From Gammaproteobacteria bacterium (GTDB lineage Bacteria; Pseudomonadota; Gammaproteobacteria; JBCCGL01): a DNA stretch of 64,000 bases. Within the stretch, counting starts at the first letter, position 1; every line of letters starts with the position of its first letter. The stretch covers positions 2,560,001-2,624,000 of the forward strand of contig OZ255836.1 of the NCBI GenBank assembly GCA_965277715.1, in the 5' to 3' direction. Positions 30,891 through 43,300 of this stretch are shown here, piece after piece. A program made the position numbers and the translations under genes. Below the pieces are notes generated by a model. The model saw nothing but the letters and a program-made list of their open reading frames with translations, did no database searches and was not told the origin of the DNA.

Positions 30891-31305
30891 CGTCTGACGC
30901 TGCCCCTTCGCTCCACGTTCATTACAAACGCTTCATCACTACTACGAACAGCTCCGCCCCAGTGCTGTGCTTCGATACGCTCATACTTACCATTTTTGCG
31001 ATTTGTATTTCTCTCTTTGCATCACAACGACTGGTTCCCGCAGTTCCCATAAAAAGCCTGATACACAGCCACGTACACTGTATGCCGGACACCGCCTGCG
31101 CCGCATTCGGCATTCACGCACAGAACTTATCCCAGTTCTACCTCCCGCTCCTGGTTCTGATGTCTTGTCAACTTGGTTTCGACACGTCAACACGTATTCG
31201 GGTTTACTCGTCTCTCATCTATCTTACCTACCAATGTTCTTGCATTGACTTTTCCCCAATGCTCACCACCTACGCTTTTGCATGTTGCCAGGGCGAACGA
31301 CACAC
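30890..31305 (-). mobile_element. Group II intron 5' fragment (domains I-III, IIB/RmInt1-like), no RT ORF or DV/DVI
   Basis: Minus strand shows ordered motifs recalled from RmInt1-like introns: GTGTG start, GGTGGTGAGC, AGACGAG, ACCAGG..CTGGGA, GGCGGTGTCCGGCATA, GGAACTGCGGGAACCAG, GGGGCGGA..CGTAGTAGTGATGAAG..GTAATG..GGAGCGAAGGGG. Confidence 0.82.
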
Positions 31306-34300
31306 TTTCTAAGCTGCCTGTACGGCAGTGAACGTTAAAGACGACGGAATTGGTCATATCATTGCTTTCTAAGCCGCCTGTACGGCAGTGAACTAGAAGA
31401 GCAAGGCAGGCTTGAATATTACAAATTTCTAAGCTGCCTGTGCGGCAGTGAACCAGAGGAAGCTAATAAAATGGCTTGTGATAAATTTCTAAGCTGCCTG
31501 TGCGGCAGTGAACTAGTGTAAACGTCCACACTATCCGATGTAGACTTTCTAAGCTGCCTGTGCGGCAGTGAACACCGGAAATAATAGACGCAGTGGCAAA
31601 CAACATTTCTAAGCTGCCTGTGCGGCAGTGAACACATCGATGTTTGGAATTACTTGACTGTAGATTTTCTAAGCTGCCTGTGCGGCAGTGAACCAGCGAA
31701 CCCAAGAACGCTGGAATCCGTTAACTTTCTAAGCTGCCTGTGCGGCAGTGAACAATTCCCTCTCACCCCCCTCCCACCGATCATTTTTCTAAGCTGCCTG
31801 TGCGGCAGTGAACCAGATTATTTGGACGGCACAGATTGCAGGTTTTTTCTAAGCTGCCTGTGCGGCAGTGAACAAACATCGTGTGTGTCACAACATCCTT
31901 CCCACTTTTCTAAGCTGCCTGTGCGGCAGTGAACAAATTAAGATTTTCAAACTGGGATATTGACTTTTTCTAAGCTGCCTGTGCGGCAGTGAACCCCAGC
32001 AATTTGCGGAGTATCACCGCCGCTGATTTCTAAGCTGCCTGTGCGGCAGTGAACGGAACAAATGTACTCGAAAGAAGTGAGAGAATTTTCTAAGCTGCCT
32101 GTGCGGCAGTGAACGGAACAAATGTACTCGAAAGAAGTGAGAGAATTTTCTAAGCTGCCTGTGCGGCAGTGAACAAAATATTACCCCGCGCAAGCATAAA
32201 ATGAACTTTCTAAGCTGCCTGTGCGGCAGTGAACGCTTGTTTGCTAAACCTTTCTTTTTGCCCTTTTTTCTAAGCTGCCTGTGCGGCAGTGAACTATCAT
32301 TGTCTCTATCTTTATCGAATTCAAAATTTCTAAGCTGCCTGTGCGGCAGTGAACGTTGGTAAACGCACAAAGATTGTTCTTGATGACTTTCTAAGCTGCC
32401 TGTGCGGCAGTGAACTTGCAGATTGTGCTGCAACTGTTATCAGCTTATTTCTAAGCTGCCTGTGCGGCAGTGAACCAGTCAGTTTTGGCATGTATCGCCA
32501 GTGGATATTTCTAAGCTGCCTGTGCGGCAGTGAACAACCGCGCATGTGTGCAGTCATTTACGCGTTTTTTCTAAGCTGCCTGTGCGGCAGTGAACGTGCA
32601 TCATAGTTATCAAAGGGTATGCCAATTTTTCTAAGCTGCCTGTGCGGCAGTGAACCCAAGCAGTGGCTGACGCCGGGCAAAAATAACTTTCTAAGCTGCC
32701 TGTGCGGCAGTGAACGTATTGTCATTCCCATATTTTTGCTTTCATCATTTCTAAGCTGCCTGTGCGGCAGTGAACTGTCAGTGCCTACGGGCCGTTACTC
32801 CCTCGCATTTTCTAAGCTGCCTGTGCGGCAGTGAACTAGACGCAGACGATGCAGAACGTATGCTGGATTTTCTAAGCTGCCTGTACGGCAGTGAACTTCC
32901 CGGAATCGATGCAACGCCTCTGCCCACATTTCTAAGCTGCCTGTACGGCAGTGAACATCAAACTCATTGAATAAATCACAATTGCAGATTTTCTAAGCTG
33001 CCTGTACGGCAGTGAACGGCTATTGGCATCACGCAGTAGTTTCTGCAAATTTCTAAGCTGCCTGTACGGCAGTGAACGACCATGTTCACGGCGTCGATTT
33101 CAACAAGTGTTTCTAAGCTGCCTGTACGGCAGTGAACATTAAATGAAACCGACCGCGCTTTGCGCCGCCTTTCTAAGCTGCCTGTACGGCAGTGAACAAA
33201 AATATCACCGTGCAAAACGTGGTGTCCGTTTTCTAAGCTGCCTGTACGGCAGTGAACCATTGACTAATGTGCAAGCCGGTTTTAGTACCTTTCTAAGCTG
33301 CCTGTACGGCAGTGAACCGCAATTAAATGAGCTTAGGCTCATAATCAATTTTCTAAGCTGCCTGTACGGCAGTGAACTGTTATTGCAAGATAGTTCTAGA
33401 AAGTATCCGTTTCTAAGCTGCCTGTACGGCAGTGAACATCTTCGTTCATCGTATTCTTCTCGTGCTGTCTTTCTAAGCTGCCTGTACGGCAGTGAACCTG
33501 CTGTGGCGCAAAATGTAGTTATCGCACTATTTCTAAGCTGCCTGTACGGCAGTGAACATCATATCAACTGATCATAACGCTGTACTTGCGTTTCTAAGCT
33601 GCCTGTACGGCAGTGAACATAACAGCGCGGTTAGTAGAGTTGAAGGCCAATTTCTAAGCTGCCTGTACGGCAGTGAACCCGACGATTTTATAGACAAAGC
33701 GCACGATATTTTTCTAAGCTGCCTGTACGGCAGTGAACTTCCACATATTCACCGGAAAATCAAGCTCTGATTTCTAAGCTGCCTGTACGGCAGTGAACGC
33801 ACAAGATCTTGCTCATACGAAACCATTAATTTTCTAAGCTGCCTGTACGGCAGTGAACGACGTGAGGAGCCTACGATCTTGCCTGATATCTTTCTAAGCT
33901 GCCTGTACGGCAGTGAACACCATCTCCTTTGCTTGTGCCTTGCGAAATTGTTTCTAAGCTGCCTGTACGGCAGTGAACGCTGAACTTGCATTATTAATGA
34001 TTCAAGACGCTTTCTAAGCTGCCTGTACGGCAGTGAACACCATCTCCTTTGCTTGTGCCTTGCGAAATTGTTTCTAAGCTGCCTGTACGGCAGTGAACGG
34101 TTGGCGCCCGCGTAGTAGCATTTCCGTATTTTTCTAAGCTGCCTGTACGGCAGTGAACGATGTTCAAAATGAGGCGGCTTTATTTATTATTTTCTAAGCT
34201 GCCTGTACGGCAGTGAACCCGTTATGCGCATAAACAATAATTTTTTGCGCTTTCTAAGCTGCCTGTACGGCAGTGAACTATGGATAAAATCTCATATAAA

Positions 34301-37300
34301 ACAGGGAGGGTTTCTAAGCTGCCTGTACGGCAGTGAACGATAGTATAGTCGAGTCCGCCCCGGATGTACATTTCTAAGCTGCCTGTACGGCAGTGAACCA
34401 GTAAATAACCCACTCATAATTGTAGGCGCTTTTCTAAGCTGCCTGTACGGCAGTGAACTCTAAACAACTTAATGACCACTTTATCGCACATTTCTAAGCT
34501 GCCTGTACGGCAGTGAACATATTTTTAAACTCGCACTAAGCGGCGCAACATTTCTAAGCTGCCTGTACGGCAGTGAACGTCTGGATAATATTGGACGCGA
34601 CATTGATCTTTTTCTAAGCTGCCTGTACGGCAGTGAACACAGTCAACTTAGTGCAATTTGCCACGCTGTCTTTCTAAGCTGCCTGTACGGCAGTGAACTA
34701 ACAACTTCATTAATTAATTCAGCATAACTCTTTCTAAGCTGCCTGTACGGCAGTGAACATATGTATCCTTCTGATAGTCTTCATCATGGTTTTCTAAGCT
34801 GCCTGTACGGCAGTGAACACAGTTAGAAGAATGCAAAGAAGCTTCGTGAATTTCTAAGCTGCCTGTACGGCAGTGAACGTTCCGCATTAGAAGGATTTAT
34901 TTTAAGAGCATTTCTAAGCTGCCTGTACGGCAGTGAACTGGAATGACTAATGATATTCTTTCGTTTTTGATTTCTAAGCTGCCTGTACGGCAGTGAACGG
35001 TTGCCGGTGGAAGGGCCGGGCAACAGCGTTTTTCTAAGCTGCCTGTACGGCAGTGAACTTATGCGCGGAGAGCTGAATCTCCTGGCCGCCTTTCTAAGCT
35101 GCCTGTACGGCAGTGAACTCCGGGGCGACCATGTCCTACTTGATGTAAATTTTCTAAGCTGCCTGTACGGCAGTGAACGGTTGTCGGTGAGTTGATTACC
35201 CGTATATTCTTTTCTAAGCTGCCTGTACGGCAGTGAACTGGACGGGGCCTTTTCAGCCACGTTAAATGACTTTCTAAGCTGCCTGTACGGCAGTGAACTG
35301 TTGCTCAGCAGGCCACTTGCCTGAAACAAGTTTCTAAGCTGCCTGTACGGCAGTGAACTGTGATATTACCTCCTTCATTGGCCAAAATATTTTCTAAGCT
35401 GCCTGTACGGCAGTGAACTTATCGGTGTTGCCTGTATCCGTTACTGTATTTTTCTAAGCTGCCTGTACGGCAGTGAACCCTTTGCCATCGATGATTCGGT
35501 GGTCGTAAGATTTCTAAGCTGCCTGTACGGCAGTGAACCGATACCTCGCCACGCCCAAAAAGCCGCCAAATTTCTAAGCTGCCTGTACGGCAGTGAACCT
35601 TCACTTCATATCTAGCTCTGATAACTATCATTTCTAAGCTGCCTGTACGGCAGTGAACTACCGGGCCATGGATATGACTGTCGAGGAAGATTTCTAAGCT
35701 GCCTGTACGGCAGTGAACCAGGAGCGGGTACAAACACGACAATTTCAACTTTTCTAAGCTGCCTGTACGGCAGTGAACGCATTCCTTGCGGCAGGCGTAA
35801 CAATCTATTTTTTCTAAGCTGCCTGTACGGCAGTGAACTATTTCCTGATTAAATAAATGTTGGTATAAATTTTCTAAGCTGCCTGTACGGCAGTGAACAT
35901 TTCTGCCAATTGTCCCAGACGAGACGATAATTTCTAAGCTGCCTGTACGGCAGTGAACGATTTGACGCGTTTTTTTGAATTATATTCTAATTTCTAAGCT
36001 GCCTGTACGGCAGTGAACCGGACAGGATATTAGATGATTGTGTGTTGTCATTTCTAAGCTGCCTGTACGGCAGTGAACTACTTTACTTCATCTTTGCCCT
36101 GGCCGCAGAATTTCTAAGCTGCCTGTACGGCAGTGAACAATTCCCGGTAATTCCAGCGCCGGGAGTGCAGTTTCTAAGCTGCCTGTACGGCAGTGAACTA
36201 CTCGGTTCCGGACATGATAGACATGGTTCCTTTCTAAGCTGCCTGTACGGCAGTGAACAAACTAATGTATCTTATTTTTAAAATCAATAGTTTCTAAGCT
36301 GCCTGTACGGCAGTGAACTTGGAAATATTGTTAAACTGGGAACATGGACATTTCTAAGCTGCCTGTACGGCAGTGAACAAAGCACACAATTCGCCGGTAA
36401 TTTTCAAAACTTTCTAAGCTGCCTGTACGGCAGTGAACTATAATCGGCGCGCAGAAAGATAATGAATATTTTTCTAAGCTGCCTGTACGGCAGTGAACGA
36501 AAAGGAACGCATAGCATCATCGTCTGTATATTTCTAAGCTGCCTGTACGGCAGTGAACTTCTGTCATCAACAAATGAATCAGCTGTTGACTTTCTAAGCT
36601 GCCTGTACGGCAGTGAACTATCAAGATATGGTGGGTATGGCGCTTGTACATTTCTAAGCTGCCTGTACGGCAGTGAACAATCCTTCATACATTTTAAATT
36701 TAATTCAAACTTTCTAAGCTGCCTGTACGGCAGTGAACATTTTTCCCATCGTTTCTAATTTATAGCATTCCTTTCTAAGCTGCCTGTACGGCAGTGAACA
36801 ATCGTTTGAAATGATAGAGAGAGACTTGAGGTTTCTAAGCTGCCTGTACGGCAGTGAACTGTTGGTAGGCGTTGCGATAAGCTGATAAACCTTTCTAAGC
36901 TGCCTGTACGGCAGTGAACATTCAAAAACAGCCGTGCCTGGGGACGCTTGGTTTCTAAGCTGCCTGTACGGCAGTGAACTTACCGGCGCACTAAGAGACT
37001 TGGCATCATCCTTTCTAAGCTGCCTGTACGGCAGTGAACGATTCAAACATTTAATGAAATTGAATTATTTATTTTCTAAGCTGCCTGTACGGCAGTGAAC
37101 GCTGATTTTGGTATCGTATTTGTCCTGCAAAGTTTCTAAGCTGCCTGTACGGCAGTGAACGTTGGAAAGGGGTACACGTTCGAGCTGTGTGACTTTCTAA
37201 GCTGCCTGTACGGCAGTGAACATGATGTGGCCGGAACCATGTCTATCATGTCATTTCTAAGCTGCCTGTACGGCAGTGAACTTTTTAATTATGATTGATG

Positions 37301-40300
37301 CGGTGGGGTCGCTTTTCTAAGCTGCCTGTACGGCAGTGAACGTTTGCGTGATAGTCAAAATCGCGCAGTAATCTTTCTAAGCTGCCTGTACGGCAGTGAA
37401 CCCCCTTCCCCCGTTATTTAACGGCTGTATATACTTTTCTAAGCTGCCTGTACGGCAGTGAACAAGTGGCGGAGACAAGGGAAAGATCAGAAAAATTTCT
37501 AAGCTGCCTGTACGGCAGTGAACGCGGCGTTGAGAGACTGCTGGCAACTTACAACTTTCTAAGCTGCCTGTACGGCAGTGAACAGAGAAGAGAAAAAGAC
37601 GAAAAATTCATGTTCTTTCTAAGCTGCCTGTACGGCAGTGAACGGGCCACGAGCGGATAAGATATTGTGGGCATACTTTCTAAGCTGCCTGTGCGGCAGT
37701 GAACCATCGACGTGGTTGATGCTAGTGATTTATATGTTTCTAAGCTGCCTGTGCGGCAGTGAACATGAAAACTTCTACAGACTCGAGCTTAAAGACTTTC
37801 TAAGCTGCCTGTGCGGCAGTGAACCCGCTGCACCGCGATGATTCGTTTTAATAAACTTTCTAAGCTGCCTGTGCGGCAGTGAACACCCGATGCAAACAAT
37901 TACATAGAAACTAAAGTTTCTAAGCTGCCTGTGCGGCAGTGAACTAATGCCCTCTTTAAATAACGCACTACAAAGCTTTCTAAGCTGCCTGTGCGGCAGT
38001 GAACGATTATTTACTGATGTGTGCTTCGACATAACGTTTCTAAGCTGCCTGTGCGGCAGTGAACTTACAATTATGGGGGTCGCTAATGACTAAAATTTTC
38101 TAAGCTGCCTGTGCGGCAGTGAACCGATGTTCAAAATTTAGTTACAGCGCAAACAATTTCTAAGCTGCCTGTGCGGCAGTGAACAGGTTTAGGTATCTTA
38201 CTTGCTTTAATTAACTTTTCTAAGCTGCCTGTGCGGCAGTGAACGCACACAATAAGCAGGTTACAAGTAAAGTGCGTTTCTAAGCTGCCTGTGCGGCAGT
38301 GAACTTTTGAATGCAAATTTAGACCCGCTGCGCGGTTTTCTAAGCTGCCTGTGCGGCAGTGAACCGAAGCTCAGCGCTTAGCATATCGTGAACCTTTTTC
38401 TAAGCTGCCTGTGCGGCAGTGAACTATAGCGTATTTGGCCTGCAAAAATTCCTGAATTTCTAAGCTGCCTGTGCGGCAGTGAACTACACGGGCGGGTATG
38501 TTGAGCGGAATGTAGACTTTCTAAGCTGCCTGTGCGGCAGTGAACGTGAATTGGAGAAGCGGTTACGAAGATTTGCATTTCTAAGCTGCCTGTGCGGCAG
38601 TGAACGGGATTCAGGTGAAGGTGGAGGTGGAGGTTCATTTCTAAGCTGCCTGTGCGGCAGTGAACTTGTTTACATCGCGACTGTACAGCGCAGCGTATTT
38701 CTAAGCTGCCTGTGCGGCAGTGAACTTTTAAGCGGCAGTTCACTAGTAACGAATAGATTTCTAAGCTGCCTGTGCGGCAGTGAACTGCTAGTTGCAGCAC
38801 GCGCCTCTGTCCACACCTTTCTAAGCTGCCTGTGCGGCAGTGAACTAATACCGTTGTTGCGTACAACGGCGCCACTTTTTCTAAGCTGCCTGTGCGGCAG
38901 TGAACTGGTACGTCGAAGAAAGTTATAAATTACTTGATTTCTAAGCTGCCTGTGCGGCAGTGAACAAATAGGCGATGATCAAGTGGCGCCCATTAGCTTT
39001 CTAAGCTGCCTGTGCGGCAGTGAACAATGTTTCAGAAGCAGGGGCGCTAAACCAATATTTCTAAGCTGCCTGTGCGGCAGTGAACGTGTGGGTGTTTTTC
39101 ATGATAGCACTGGAAGTTTTCTAAGCTGCCTGTGCGGCAGTGAACCATACTATCTGACGCCGGTAACGGGGGGGAACGTTTCTAAGCTGCCTGTGCGGCA
39201 GTGAACTTGGGCAGGGTCTGCTCATAAATTCGCGCAATTTTCTAAGCTGCCTGTGCGGCAGTGAACTTTTCGGCAAAGGAGAAACTAATACACAACTCTT
39301 TCTAAGCTGCCTGTGCGGCAGTGAACCAGGTGTTCAATTCAGTTGGAATGGCTTTACTTTTCTAAGCTGCCTGTGCGGCAGTGAACAGCCGGGGTAAACT
39401 GTTACCGTCGCATCGTTTTTTCTAAGCTGCCTGTGCGGCAGTGAACACGGCGGGGGGCCAGGTACTCGAGCTGAGCGCTTTCTAAGCTGCCTGTGCGGCA
39501 GTGAACGGTTAATAGTTACTTCTAACGTGCCGCCCACGTTTTCTAAGCTGCCTGTGCGGCAGTGAACACGGTGTGCGTCAAATCGTGACTAGCGGCGTTT
39601 TTCTAAGCTGCCTGTGCGGCAGTGAACCGGTACCGCCGGTACCGTACCGGGTTACGGTATTTCTAAGCTGCCTGTGCGGCAGTGAACTAATAAAGGGCAA
39701 TTTAATTTCTGATCGTGTGTTTCTAAGCTGCCTGTGCGGCAGTGAACTGATGTGGGTAACGTCAAAATCCTCGACGATATTTCTAAGCTGCCTGTGCGGC
39801 AGTGAACAAATAAAAAAGATGAAATTACGCATGCTGAAATTTTCTAAGCTGCCTGTGCGGCAGTGAACTTCAAGAACAACTTGCGGCCGCTAAAGGGGGT
39901 TTTCTAAGCTGCCTGTGCGGCAGTGAACGTCATTTACTGTTTCAATTTTATGTTAATGACTTTCTAAGCTGCCTGTGCGGCAGTGAACTGCCCGGGCCAC
40001 ATTCTAATTCGTTTGACTTATTTCTAAGCTGCCTGTGCGGCAGTGAACCGGCGCTGTTGTCGTCAAACACCAGTGAAACATTTCTAAGCTGCCTGTGCGG
40101 CAGTGAACATGCGGGAATAGTGGGCGAGTATTCGGCAACGTTTCTAAGCTGCCTGTGCGGCAGTGAACTTAGAAATAAATTCACCAGCGCGTACATGCAC
40201 TTTCTAAGCTGCCTGTGCGGCAGTGAACAAGTTCTACGGGGCGGGATTTAAGATAAAAGATTTCTAAGCTGCCTGTGCGGCAGTGAACATTCATTAAAAT

Positions 40301-43300
40301 ACTCTCTTTAATTCCGCACGTTTCTAAGCTGCCTGTGCGGCAGTGAACCCCCTCGACGGGTAATCGCCCCATCGACGATATTTCTAAGCTGCCTGTGCGG
40401 CAGTGAACATATTTTGCACCCCATCGGTTTTGGATTTAAATTTCTAAGCTGCCTGTGCGGCAGTGAACGCTCAAGTATCGCTGTAGTTTTTATGCCAGGG
40501 TTTCTAAGCTGCCTGTGCGGCAGTGAACTCCAACTACTGGAATGTACAGACTTAATAACATTTCTAAGCTGCCTGTGCGGCAGTGAACGATTATTACCGT
40601 CGTATGCGCACCAAATGAATTTTCTAAGCTGCCTGTGCGGCAGTGAACTTCACGATGGACGAGAACTAGTACTAGTAATGTTTCTAAGCTGCCTGTGCGG
40701 CAGTGAACAAAGACCTTGCAAAAAATGGGGTGGCAAAACTTTTCTAAGCTGCCTGTGCGGCAGTGAACGCTAGAGACTAAGTTCAATAAATTATTTGAGT
40801 TTTCTAAGCTGCCTGTGCGGCAGTGAACATTGCAGGTCTATTTTAATAACTGTGTGGAAATTTCTAAGCTGCCTGTGCGGCAGTGAACTCTGTCAATCCT
40901 TCCTGGCCACGGCTGTCGCGTTTCTAAGCTGCCTGTGCGGCAGTGAACTAGTGCATTGATAATATCTTGGGGTAATTGCTTTTCTAAGCTGCCTGTGCGG
41001 CAGTGAACCTGGTTTTGTTATCACCCACCGGCACATTGACTTTCTAAGCTGCCTGTGCGGCAGTGAACGATCAGAAACCGTGGCGAAAATATCAATTTTA
41101 TTTCTAAGCTGCCTGTGCGGCAGTGAACTCCTGAATTAATCGATTAAATGCTTGCATGCCTTTCTAAGCTGCCTGTGCGGCAGTGAACCGGGTTCTGAAG
41201 CACTTTTATTGTCATTGTCCTTTCTAAGCTGCCTGTGCGGCAGTGAACGAGGGAATTTAGTATTTTATTGGGATCGGTACTTTCTAAGCTGCCTGTGCGG
41301 CAGTGAACAAAGATTTAGTGAAGGCAGAAAGAGCTATACATTTCTAAGCTGCCTGTGCGGCAGTGAACTGTTGCGCCCCTTGTCAAATGAATATTATTTG
41401 TTTCTAAGCTGCCTGTGCGGCAGTGAACCGACTAATTGAGTCGACAAACAAACAAATAGATTTCTAAGCTGCCTGTGCGGCAGTGAACCAGACGGAGCGT
41501 TATTTTACAAAGACGAAAAATTTCTAAGCTGCCTGTGCGGCAGTGAACCTATGTTAAGTGAATATTCGTACTAGTGAAGATTTCTAAGCTGCCTGTGCGG
41601 CAGTGAACTAAAGCAGTCACAAGCTTATAAATTGGTTCTGTTTCTAAGCTGCCTGTGCGGCAGTGAACAATACCTACCCTGATCATCAATATCTAAAATA
41701 TTTCTAAGCTGCCTGTGCGGCAGTGAACGCCCAAATTTACCCGTTATTATTAGCATTAATTTTCTAAGCTGCCTGTGCGGCAGTGAACCAGAAAGCACCG
41801 GTGTGCACGTAGGCCAAAACTTTCTAAGCTGCCTGTGCGGCAGTGAACACGCGCTGCGCCCCGCACGCGATATTATTTACTTTCTAAGCTGCCTGTGCGG
41901 CAGTGAACGTTGCGTGCATATCCTTGTCGTGTTGACCGACTTTCTAAGCTGCCTGTGCGGCAGTGAACTATGAACTTATTCATCGAGTGACTCTATATCA
42001 TTTCTAAGCTGCCTGTGCGGCAGTGAACCTGTCGATTTTATTTGGGAACCTTCGTGGAACTTTCTAAGCTGCCTGTGCGGCAGTGAACACGCCCCCGGGA
42101 AACCGGGGCAATTAACTAGATTTCTAAGCTGCCTGTGCGGCAGTGAACAGTTATTAACAGCGGGAATCACGCGCTGATTCTTTCTAAGCTGCCTGTGCGG
42201 CAGTGAACAGATATGTGATCGTAGAAGCTAATGATACAAATTTCTAAGCTGCCTGTGCGGCAGTGAACATGAGTAGTGTTGTGCGTGAAAATTATAAAAA
42301 TTTCTAAGCTGCCTGTGCGGCAGTGAACAGTATGATAAATTATTTATAAACTCTGTGATCTTTCTAAGCTGCCTGTGCGGCAGTGAACCATCGAACGAAT
42401 CGAGCGTGCTATCTTTGAATTTTCTAAGCTGCCTGTGCGGCAGTGAACGTCAAAATGTAAAAGTCAGGACTTTAAATGTATTTCTAAGCTGCCTGTGCGG
42501 CAGTGAACTATATAATGAGCACCGGTTCATCCGCCAGCACTTTCTAAGCTGCCTGTGCGGCAGTGAACGGTGGGCGGTCTACAAAAATCACTTAAGAAAT
42601 TTTCTAAGCTGCCTGTGCGGCAGTGAACGGGGTGTGAGTTTACTTGCATTAAATTCACTGTTTCTAAGCTGCCTGTGCGGCAGTGAACGGCAGCGAGTGG
42701 CAGTAATCGGCGATGGCAACTTTCTAAGCTGCCTGTGCGGCAGTGAACATGCAAGAACAATCTAAAATACAATACTTATTTTTCTAAGCTGCCTGTGCGG
42801 CAGTGAACTTGGTAAACAAAGCGTGAACGCGGGAAAAAACTTTCTAAGCTGCCTGTGCGGCAGTGAACAAAGAACTGCCATTGCTCGAATGCCGTAGTAT
42901 TTTCTAAGCTGCCTGTGCGGCAGTGAACCACCCCACAACGCGTAAACGTAACGGGTACTTTTTCTAAGCTGCCTGTGCGGCAGTGAACCCCGATTCGCTC
43001 AATTCATAAAGTCCTACCACTTTCTAAGCTGCCTGTGCGGCAGTGAACGTTAACGCATATAATATAGAACACATACTCACTTTCTAAGCTGCCTGTGCGG
43101 CAGTGAACACTGCTAATTTTCCAATTTCCACGATTGTTGATTTCTAAGCTGCCTGTGCGGCAGTGAACTGTGATATAGCGGAATCGTGGGGCCTATGCGT
43201 TTTCTAAGCTGCCTGTGCGGCAGTGAACTATATCCGCTTATTGGCGGTAGGGGAGTCAGATTTCTAAGCTGCCTGTGCGGCAGTGAACTACTCTGGGGTG

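Noticed and set aside
30922-31312. Short ORFs beside the array as possible cas or anti-CRISPR genes
   Set aside because: No protein motifs; the region is explained as group II intron RNA sequence.
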